From Spirochaetia bacterium (GTDB lineage Bacteria; Spirochaetota; Spirochaetia; SZUA-6; Bin103), in the NCBI GenBank assembly GCA_965208575.1, contig CBDBOV010000005.1, positions 576,001-640,000 of the forward strand: a stretch of 64,000 nucleotides of DNA, in the 5' to 3' direction. The translations under genes and the position numbers were made by a program. Numbering within the stretch: the first letter of the stretch is position 1; every line of letters starts with the position of its first letter. The notes under the pieces are model-generated. The model was given only the letters and a program-made list of their open reading frames with translations, did not search any database and was not told where the DNA came from. Positions 1 to 7,452 of this stretch are shown here, piece by piece.

Positions 1-2
1 TT

Positions 3-131
3 GGAGGTCCGGCGCTGCTCGGCGCGGTACGCGACCTGGCCGGCGGCCTGGCACCGAGCATGCTCGGCATGGCGCTGGTGTCGTTGCTGATGGTGGCGAT
101 CATCGTGCGCGTGCGCGAGTCCACCGAGTAG
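3..131 (+). CDS. 3' end of a membrane protein (possibly an MFS transporter), truncated by the window edge
   Basis: Frame 3 reads GGPALLGAVRDLAGGLAPSMLGMALVSLLMVAIIVRVRESTE then TAG; resembles the GP.L.G...D..G pattern plus last TM helix of MFS permeases. Confidence 0.5.
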   Translation, partial: GGPALLGAVRDLAGGLAPSMLGMALVSLLMVAIIVRVRESTE

Positions 132-178
132 CAGCCCTCGGCGAGACCTCGGCTGCGGCCGCACGGCCCTGCGGAGGG

Positions 179-1081
179 TCAGGCCGACCGCTCCCGCGGA
201 ACGCCGCGCCCCTTGTCGTCGGCAAGCTTGCGCACGGCTGCCAGAAAAGTTCGGCTGACCGGCACTTCCGTTCCACCGGTGACCTGCACCACGGTGCGCC
301 CATCGCGTCGGAACACCTCGGCGACGTGGCGGCTGGCGACCCAGAACGACCGGTGTACCTGCAGCCCGAGGTCGCCAAGCTCCGCGACGGCGTCGGCGAG
401 GCGCATGAGGACGGCGGCCGATCCGGCCGTGGTAATCACGTTTATGTAGTGGCCGTTCACCTTCAGATAGACGACATCGCGGCCTACTTCTTCCGGCAGG
501 CGGTCCAGAAAACGACCCGACAGTGTCGGCTCGATCACGGCCGAGCCGGTCGTTTCGGAGCGCCCTTCGTGCAGCGCCCTGAGCTTCGCGAGCTGCACGG
601 CGAGGTAGTGGATCAAGCCGAAGTGAACGACCGACGCGACGGCGGCGCGCACGTAGAACAGCGGCCACCCCGGCGGCGGCGGCCCGTGCGGCCTCATCAA
701 CCCGTAGAGCGCGTACGCCACGGTCGCGATGTTTGCGGCGACGTACAGGCCCGCTGCCAACGACGCCAGGGCCAGGTGCACGGGACGACCGCGGCGCAGG
801 CAGTAGAGCAATGCCATCGCCGTGCAGTGGCCGAGCGGCCAGGCGAGGGCGCCAATCAGTCCAAAGTACGCCGTCCGCTGCAGAGGGTCGGCAAGCAGGT
901 CCGAGCCGGGGCCTGCCACCGTAAAGAACAGGACGAACGCACACGAGATAGCAAGCGAGACGAGCAGCAGGCGCGCTTCGCACAGCTCGCGGTAGGCGAA
1001 CTCCAGACCCGACCGCGGATGAGAAGAAGACGAGGAAGCGGCAGCGGTAGACGCCCCGCCCGACCTAGCGACGAATGCCAA
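179..1081 (-). CDS. Membrane-anchored LytTR-domain DNA-binding protein
   Basis: About four hydrophobic N-terminal segments; C-terminal LytTR signature (VVYLKVNGHYINVIT...LADAVAELGDLGLQVHRSFWVA...EVPVSRTF). Start uncertain. Confidence 0.85.
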   Translation of the reverse strand: MAFVARSGGASTAAASSSSSHPRSGLEFAYRELCEARLLLVSLAISCAFVLFFTVAGPGSDLLADPLQRTAYFGLIGALAWPLGHCTAMALLYCLRRGRPVHLALASLAAGLYVAANIATVAYALYGLMRPHGPPPPGWPLFYVRAAVASVVHFGLIHYLAVQLAKLRALHEGRSETTGSAVIEPTLSGRFLDRLPEEVGRDVVYLKVNGHYINVITTAGSAAVLMRLADAVAELGDLGLQVHRSFWVASRHVAEVFRRDGRTVVQVTGGTEVPVSRTFLAAVRKLADDKGRGVPRERSA

Positions 1082-1422
1082 CCGCGGGTCCCCACGTTTC
1101 GGGAAGCATGAGTGCTTTGTTCCGGTCGTCCGGGAAAACCCCGCAGGAGAACGTTTTCGTGCCGTCCAACTTCTTCGGACGATTGTAAAAGCAGACTAGT
1201 GAACGATGCCGCATGAGCCTTCTTCCATCGCAAGTATATCACGTTGCGGGAAAGACGGCACGAAGTTGAAGCGGATGGGCGCGGCTGCGCAAGAATCCGG
1301 TACCGAACCGATACTGATAACGGTCCTTCAATATCATCTGCAGCGGCATCTTTCGGAATACGGAACGGGCGTCCGATATTCCGTTCGTGCGCGGTCGCGG
1401 TCGCGGACGGCGGGCAGCGCGG

Positions 1423-3093
1423 TCAGCGCGGTCGAGGCGGGTACTCCCCGATCGGGTGGAGTGCGTTCAGGTCGATGTCGAGGAGGACCGGGCCGTCCGC
1501 CTCCGCCGCCGCTCGAAAAGCAGCCCGGAATTGGTCGACGCCGGCAACCGCGCGCGCCTCCACGCCCATGCTGTGAGCGAGGGCGGGGAAGTCGGGAGTG
1601 GCCAGGTCGACACCGAACGTGCGCCCGCCGAAGCGCGCCTGCTCGATGCGGCGCAGCACCCCGTAACCGCCGTCGTTGAACAGGCAGATGGTGACCGGCA
1701 GCCGGTACTGAGCCGCCACTGCCAGTTCGCCCACGTGCAGCATGAAGCCGCCGTCGCCGGCGATCAGCACGGTGCGGCGGCCGGTGGCGACGGCGGCGCC
1801 GATGGCCAGCGGCAGCCCCGGCCCGATGGCGCCGGCGGTCGGATGCATCGAGGTACGCGGCTCCACGATCGGGAGCATCTGGTTGGCCCACAGGTAGGCG
1901 GGCACCGTGCTGTCGCGTACCAGGCGGGTGTCGGGCGCCGCCGCCGCGCGAATCTCCTCCATGATCGCGAAGTGGTCCGGGCCAACCAGGTCGCGCAACC
2001 GTCCCTGCACGGTCTCGCGCGCCGCCAGGGCGCGCGCCGCCCATGCCTGCCGTTCACGCGTGACGGCAGGGTCGGCACGGCCGGCGAGTGCGTCGGCGAG
2101 TGCGGCCAGACCGTCCGCGGCGTCCGCCACCAGCGCCAGTTCCGCCGGGTTGACGCGGTGTATCACGCCGGCGTCGGCATCGAGGTGGACCAGCTTGCCG
2201 CCGAGCGGTGCGTAATTGCGCGCCTCGGAACCCACCTGCAGGCGCGTGCCGACCGCCAGCACCACGTCCGCCTGCTCGCGCAGCGCGCGAATCTCCGGGT
2301 GGTAGACCACGTTGCCGAGGCACAGCGGGTGGTCGTCGGGCAGGCCGCCGCGGCCGTTGGCGCTCAGCAGCACCGGCGCACCGAGCAACTCGGCCAGCGC
2401 GCACAGCTCGGCGGAGGCCCCGGCCGGCCGCTGTGCACCGCCGCTGCGCAGCACGCCGCCGCCGGCGATGATGAGCGGCCGCGTCGCGCCGGCCAGCAGC
2501 TCGGCGGCCGCCTTCACCGCCGCGGCGTCCGGCCGCACCGGGTCGGGCACCGGCATCGCGGCCTGCTCCGCGGGGGTGGTTTCGCGGTCGGCGTATTGCA
2601 GGTCGATCGGGATCTCGACGCTGCCGGGCTGCGGGCGGCCGGTCAGAATATCCTCGACGGCACGCATCAGCGCGGGGGCAATCTGCTCGCGCAGGCGCAC
2701 GGTCTCGACCCGCCGGCACACCGCCGCGAGCATCGCCGCCTGGTTGTCCGCCTCGTGCACGAAGCCGCGCCCCTTGCCGAGGTTGGGCGTGTCGGCCTGG
2801 CCGGTGATCATCAGCACCGGCGACGAGGCGAACCCGGCCTCGTACAGCCCGGGCACGCAATTGGCGGCGCCGGGGCCGGTGCTGGCCACCGCAACGCCGA
2901 GCCGGCCGCTGGCGCGCGCATAGCCGTCGGCGGCATGGACGGCGGCCTGCTCGTGGCGCATCGCCACCGGCGTAATTCTGCCGCCCCGTTCGATGGCGTC
3001 GTAAATCGGCAGATTGTGGACGCTCACCACGCCGAACACGTGGCTGACTCCGGCCCGCACCAGGACCTCGTGAACTACCTCGCCTCCAGTCAT
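1423..3093 (-). CDS. Thiamine pyrophosphate-binding protein (acetolactate synthase large-subunit family)
   Basis: MTGGEVV start, RHEQAAVHAADGYAR, STGPG, GDGGF...NDGGYG TPP motif; start moved to ATG 3093, which follows TACGAT-N6. Confidence 0.92.
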   Translation of the reverse strand: MTGGEVVHEVLVRAGVSHVFGVVSVHNLPIYDAIERGGRITPVAMRHEQAAVHAADGYARASGRLGVAVASTGPGAANCVPGLYEAGFASSPVLMITGQADTPNLGKGRGFVHEADNQAAMLAAVCRRVETVRLREQIAPALMRAVEDILTGRPQPGSVEIPIDLQYADRETTPAEQAAMPVPDPVRPDAAAVKAAAELLAGATRPLIIAGGGVLRSGGAQRPAGASAELCALAELLGAPVLLSANGRGGLPDDHPLCLGNVVYHPEIRALREQADVVLAVGTRLQVGSEARNYAPLGGKLVHLDADAGVIHRVNPAELALVADAADGLAALADALAGRADPAVTRERQAWAARALAARETVQGRLRDLVGPDHFAIMEEIRAAAAPDTRLVRDSTVPAYLWANQMLPIVEPRTSMHPTAGAIGPGLPLAIGAAVATGRRTVLIAGDGGFMLHVGELAVAAQYRLPVTICLFNDGGYGVLRRIEQARFGGRTFGVDLATPDFPALAHSMGVEARAVAGVDQFRAAFRAAAEADGPVLLDIDLNALHPIGEYPPRPR

Positions 3094-3280
3094 CGGCTTA
3101 TCGTAACCCGAATCGCTGCCGATTCTCACTAGGTCGGACGCGGCCGGCGCGGCCGGCCCGCGGCCGGCTCCCGGGAGCGGACGGCGCGGGCGGCAACGGG
3201 CGGGCGACGGCGCCCAGCCTGTGCCCAACCTTGACATCCCATTGACCGCGCCGGTAGCGTTCGATGCACGGAGGAAAGCG

Positions 3281-4171
3281 GTGGCGCCACGTTCCAACTG
3301 GAAGGGATTCGTTCAGCTCAGCCTGGTTTCGGTGCCGGTAAAGGCGTATACCGCCAACGACACCAGTGCCCAGATCCGGCTCAATCAGTTGCACCGCGAG
3401 TGCAACAGCCGCATCGCGTACAAGAAGGTGTGTCCGGAGCACGGCGAGGTGGGCAACGATCAGATCGTGCGCGGCTACGAGCACGCCAAGGGCAAGTACG
3501 TGGTGATTGACGATGACGAGCTCGACAAGCTGCGCACCAAGAGCGACCGGTGCGTCAACATCGAGGGGTTCGTGGCGCCGGAAGAGGTCGATCCGATCTA
3601 TCACGCCGGGCGCACCTACTACCTGCTGCCCGACGGGGCGGTGGGACAGAAGCCCTACCGCCTGCTGGTACGCGGCATGGAGGAGAACGGCGTGAACGCC
3701 GTTGCCCAGGTGGTGATCGCCCAGCGCGAGCAGCTCGTGCTGCTGCGCCCCTACGACGGCATTCTCGCCATGACCATCCTCAACCACCAGGCCAAGGTGA
3801 AGTCCTCCGGCGCCTACCGGGACGAGGTCGCCGACGACGAGTGCAGCGCCGAGGAGCTGCAACTCGCCGGTACGCTGATCAACGCATCCCGCATCCAGGA
3901 CTTCGACTACGGCAAGTACGCCGACCGTTACGTCGAGAAGCTGTCCGATCTGATTCGCCTCAAGGTGGAGGGCGCTGAGGTGGTGCAGACGCCCGATACC
4001 GAGGCGCCGCAGATCATCAACCTCATGGAAGCACTGAAGCAGAGCGTCGCCGCGGCGCAGGGAGCCGCCGCCGAGGCGGGCGGCAAGAAGCAGGCGCCGA
4101 GCGCCAAGACCCGGCGCCAGGACCAGGCCGACGACGAGTCCGAGGCCGGCGACAAGCGCAAGGCCGGTTGA
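3281..4171 (+). CDS. ku: Non-homologous end-joining protein Ku
   Basis: PRSNWKGFVQLSLVSVPVKAY, RLNQLHRECNSRIAYKKVCP, IVRGYE, YYLLPD, INLMEALKQS and a charged C-terminal tail; GGAGG upstream of GTG 3281. Confidence 0.95.
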   Translation: MAPRSNWKGFVQLSLVSVPVKAYTANDTSAQIRLNQLHRECNSRIAYKKVCPEHGEVGNDQIVRGYEHAKGKYVVIDDDELDKLRTKSDRCVNIEGFVAPEEVDPIYHAGRTYYLLPDGAVGQKPYRLLVRGMEENGVNAVAQVVIAQREQLVLLRPYDGILAMTILNHQAKVKSSGAYRDEVADDECSAEELQLAGTLINASRIQDFDYGKYADRYVEKLSDLIRLKVEGAEVVQTPDTEAPQIINLMEALKQSVAAAQGAAAEAGGKKQAPSAKTRRQDQADDESEAGDKRKAG

Positions 4172-5133
4172 GCCGCGGAGCCGGGACCATAACCGCTGCC
4201 AACCTGCCGGCCCGCTTCGCGCCGATGCTGGCCACGTCGGGCTCACCGTTCGACTCCGACCGCCACCTGTTCGAGGTGAAGTGGGACGGTATCCGCGCCG
4301 TCACGATGGTGGATCCGCACGGTGTGCGCATGCTGAGCCGCCGCGGCAGCGACCTCACCGGCAACTACCCTGAGCTGGCCGTGCTGGAGCGGCTGCCGCC
4401 GGGCACGGTGGTGGACGGGGAGATCGTGGTGCTCAACGAGGGCCGGCCCGACTTCGAGTTCGCCCTGCGCCGTGACCGCCGCGGCTCGGGGGCGCCGGAC
4501 GGCACCGGGCAACCCGCCGCCTACCTGGTGTTCGACCTCATGTATCTCGGCTTCGCACCCACCATGGATCGGCCCCTGCAGGAACGCCGCAAGCCGCTCG
4601 CGGAACTGGTCGGCGCCTGCCGGTCGGACCACGTCGTTCTTTCCGAGGGCATCGTCGGCGCCGGCGTCCGGTTCTACGGCGAGGTGTGCGAGCGCGCCAT
4701 GGAAGGGGTCATGGCGAAGCGGCTCGACAGCCGCTACCTGGCGGGGAGACGCTCCGACGCGTGGGTGAAGATCAAACGCCGTGTCAGTTATCATTGCCTG
4801 GTGCTGGGTTTCATCGCCAAGGAAGGGCGCGACTTCCAGAGCCTGGCGGTGGCCACCGAGCGAGAGCCGGGGGCCGGGCTGCGCTACGCCGGCCGCGTGG
4901 GCGGCGGGTTCGATGCGGCCGAACGGGCCGAGCTCAACGACCTGCTGCGCCGCCACCGTTGCGACGAGCCGCTGCTGCCGCTGCCCGGCGACCGCTCGGC
5001 GCGCGACCAGCTCGACCAGGTGTGCTGGGTCGAGCCGGTGTTGTTCTGCGTCGTATCCTGCCTGGAAATGACCGCCGGCGGCATGCTGCGCGCGCCGGTG
5101 TTCGAACGGCTGGTACGGGAGGGCGAGGCGTGA
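4168..5133 (+). CDS. Stand-alone ATP-dependent DNA ligase (LigD-Lig/LigC-like; adenylation plus OB domains)
   Basis: Motif I FEVKWDG, III VVDGEIV, IIIa YLVFDLM, IV EGVMAK, V WVKIK, OB-fold YAGRVGGGF...LRAPVF; start overlaps the ku stop. Confidence 0.92.
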   Translation: MSRGAGTITAANLPARFAPMLATSGSPFDSDRHLFEVKWDGIRAVTMVDPHGVRMLSRRGSDLTGNYPELAVLERLPPGTVVDGEIVVLNEGRPDFEFALRRDRRGSGAPDGTGQPAAYLVFDLMYLGFAPTMDRPLQERRKPLAELVGACRSDHVVLSEGIVGAGVRFYGEVCERAMEGVMAKRLDSRYLAGRRSDAWVKIKRRVSYHCLVLGFIAKEGRDFQSLAVATEREPGAGLRYAGRVGGGFDAAERAELNDLLRRHRCDEPLLPLPGDRSARDQLDQVCWVEPVLFCVVSCLEMTAGGMLRAPVFERLVREGEA

Positions 5134-6485
5134 GCGAGGCGATGGAGGTGACGTTTGCCGGCCGGCTGGCGTCGATGACGCAGCGCGAGGCCGCCGAACG
5201 GGTCGGTGCGGCCGGCGGCCGCGTGGTGCGCGAGCCGAGCGTGCGCACCGATTACCTGGTCGTGGGGCACGGTGCCTGGCCGCTCGGCAGCGACGGCCTC
5301 CCGGACCGGAGCGTGCTGCGCACCCGGCGCCTGCGGGAGCAGTACCCGGACCTGGAGATCGTCTCGGAGACCACCTTCCTGGAGATGCTCGGCCTGACCG
5401 AAAAGGTGGACGACCTGCAGCGCCTGTTCACGACGGCGCAGTTGAGCCGCATCCTGGGCATCCCGGTGCCGCACATCCGTTCCTGGATGCGGCGCAAGCT
5501 GATCCGTCCGGCCAAGGTGGCGCGCCGCCTGGCCTGGTTCGACTTCCGCGAAGTGGCAATGGCGCGCGCGCTGCACACCTTGACCAGTGCCGGTGTCAGC
5601 ACGGCGCGCATCGGGCGCAGCATTCGCGATCTCGCCCAATGGCTACCCGACGCCGAGCGCATGCTCACTCAGCTCGAGACCCTGTCGCCGGACCACAAGC
5701 TGAGCATCCGGCTCACCGACGGCAGCCTGGTGGAGCCCACCGGGCAGCGGCTGTTCGACTTCCACGGCGGCGTCGCCGATCCGAGCCGGCGCACGTCGGC
5801 CGGCAACGTGTTCTCCATGGCTGCCGCCGCGGCCCCGGAGGAAGGCGCCGCGCCGCCGATCGAGTTTCCGCTCCCGTCCGGCATGCAGCCGGGCGGCAGG
5901 CAGCCGGAGGGCGAGACCGGCACGGAGGGGGCGCGCCGCGGGTCGCGCGAAGCGGGACGCGTTGTGGACCTGCAGGCGCGGGCCGGCGGCGGGCGCGGCG
6001 GCGGTCTTGCCGGGGCGAGCGCAGAGCGACTGTTCGAGCGCGCCGTCGCGGCCGAGGATGCCGGGCAGTGGAAGCTGGCGCAGCAGCTCTACGAGGGCGC
6101 CCTCGCGGCCGGCGGTCCGGATCCCGAAACCTGCTTCAATCTTGGCAACGTGCTGTACGAACTCGACCAGAAGCGCGCCGCCGCCGAGCGCTACCGGGAG
6201 GCCGTGGCCTTGGACGGCGAGTACGTGGAGTCGCTCAACAACCTCGGCAATGCCCTCGCCGAGACCGGCTGGTTGAACGATGCCGTCCACGCCTACCGCA
6301 GTGCGCTGCAACTGGAGCCCTCCTATGCGGATGCGCACAGCAACCTGGCGGAGACGCTGGTCTACCTGGGTCGCTACGACGAGGCGCGCCTGCACTGGGC
6401 AGCCTACCTTGACCTCGATCCGCACAGCTCATGGGCCGCGGCGATACGCGAGCTGCTCGAAAACCTGCCGCCAGACCGGGACTGA
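5130..6485 (+). CDS. BRCT + MerR-like HTH + TPR repeat protein
   Basis: N-terminal VTFAGRLASMTQREAAERVGAAGGRV...TDYLVVG (BRCT-like); FTTAQLSRILGIPVPHIRSWMRRKLIRP (MerR-type HTH); C-terminal TPRs (FNLGNVLYEL, NNLGNALAET, SNLAETLVYL); GTG overlaps the ligase TGA. Confidence 0.85.
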   Translation: MSEAMEVTFAGRLASMTQREAAERVGAAGGRVVREPSVRTDYLVVGHGAWPLGSDGLPDRSVLRTRRLREQYPDLEIVSETTFLEMLGLTEKVDDLQRLFTTAQLSRILGIPVPHIRSWMRRKLIRPAKVARRLAWFDFREVAMARALHTLTSAGVSTARIGRSIRDLAQWLPDAERMLTQLETLSPDHKLSIRLTDGSLVEPTGQRLFDFHGGVADPSRRTSAGNVFSMAAAAAPEEGAAPPIEFPLPSGMQPGGRQPEGETGTEGARRGSREAGRVVDLQARAGGGRGGGLAGASAERLFERAVAAEDAGQWKLAQQLYEGALAAGGPDPETCFNLGNVLYELDQKRAAAERYREAVALDGEYVESLNNLGNALAETGWLNDAVHAYRSALQLEPSYADAHSNLAETLVYLGRYDEARLHWAAYLDLDPHSSWAAAIRELLENLPPDRD

Positions 6486-6487
6486 AC

Positions 6488-6594
6488 GCCCCGAAACCGC
6501 CGCCTGCGGCGACGCTTCCGGCCCAACCGGCCTGCCTAGCGCCCCGAAATCCCCGCCTGCGGCGGCGCTTCCGGCCCAACCCGGCCTACCTAGG
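6488..6594. repeat. Two tandem imperfect ~53-bp direct repeats in the intergenic gap
   Basis: 6488-6540 and 6541-6594 both read gccccgaaa.c..cgcctgcggcg.cgcttccggcccaacc(c)ggcct.cctag. Confidence 0.8.
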
Positions 6595-6623
6595 AGCCTG
6601 CCGGAATCCGACAGGCTCCTAGG
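6589..6623. repeat. Perfect 12-bp inverted repeat flanked by CTAG (terminator-like hairpin or minimal IS footprint)
   Basis: cctaggagcctg (6589-6600) and caggctcctagg (6612-6623), between convergent genes. Confidence 0.7.
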
Positions 6624-7401
6624 CTCGCAAGCGCAGCAGGGGGCGCGCGAACGACACCGGCAGGTAGTCCCCGGTGCGCCGCGACCTGGTGCCGGGCGTC
6701 ATGAAGTGGATGGCGAAGGCGCGCCGTTCGCGCGCGGTTTCGTTTGCGCCGGTGTAATGGAAGGTCTGGCAGTGGTGCAGCATGGCGCCGCCGGCCGGCA
6801 GCTCGATCGCCACCGCCTTGGCAGGGTCCACGCGGCTCGCGTTGTCGAGCAGCGCGTCGGTGGTGGTCGACCGGTCGTGTTCCATTGCGCCCAGATGGGA
6901 ACCGGGAATCACCTGCATCGCGCCGTTGGCCACGGTCACGTCGTCGAGGGTCAGCCAGCAGCTCACCAGGTTGGCAGGCGCGCATTGCCAGTAGGCGTTG
7001 TCCTGGTGCCAGAACACCGGTCCGCCGTGGTGCGCCGGCTTGTACAGCGCCTGGTCGTGGAACAACTGCAGGTTGGGTCCGAGCAGGTCCTCCACGCAGT
7101 CGAGGATCTGGTCGTGAAACAGCAGGCGGCGGAAGTGCAGGTTGCGCTCGCACATCTGCATGATCTGCAGCATCTGCTCCGGCGCCTCGTTCTTCTTGCG
7201 CAGGTCGTCGGTGTTGTCGATCGACAGGTTGCGGAACGCCGCACCGCCGGCGCGGGCGCGCGCGAACTCCCGGTCGTACTCGCGCCGCAGCAAGTCGAGC
7301 AGGTCATCATCGAGCAGCCGCCCGAGCCTGACGTACCCGTCGCGCTGAAACCGGCCCACCTGCTCGGCGCTGAGCCCGCGGTGCCCGTTGGCATCGCCCA
7401 T
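6619..7401 (-). CDS. Phytanoyl-CoA dioxygenase (PhyH) family Fe(II)/2-oxoglutarate dioxygenase
   Basis: FQRDGY, KPAHHGGPVFWHQD (HxD), WLTLDDVTVANGAMQVIPGSH, FHYTGAN...RRAF; GGAGG upstream of ATG 7401. Confidence 0.9.
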   Translation of the reverse strand: MGDANGHRGLSAEQVGRFQRDGYVRLGRLLDDDLLDLLRREYDREFARARAGGAAFRNLSIDNTDDLRKKNEAPEQMLQIMQMCERNLHFRRLLFHDQILDCVEDLLGPNLQLFHDQALYKPAHHGGPVFWHQDNAYWQCAPANLVSCWLTLDDVTVANGAMQVIPGSHLGAMEHDRSTTTDALLDNASRVDPAKAVAIELPAGGAMLHHCQTFHYTGANETARERRAFAIHFMTPGTRSRRTGDYLPVSFARPLLRLRA

Positions 7402-7452
7402 GTTCGTTGTTGCGCCTCCCGGCGCCATTCTACCGCGGCCCGCGGATCCGCG

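Noticed and set aside
6619-7401. PhyH dioxygenase as a DNA-repair (AlkB-like) member of the NHEJ system
   Set aside because: Motifs are PhyH-type, it has its own TAGAAT and SD, and adjacency alone is weak evidence
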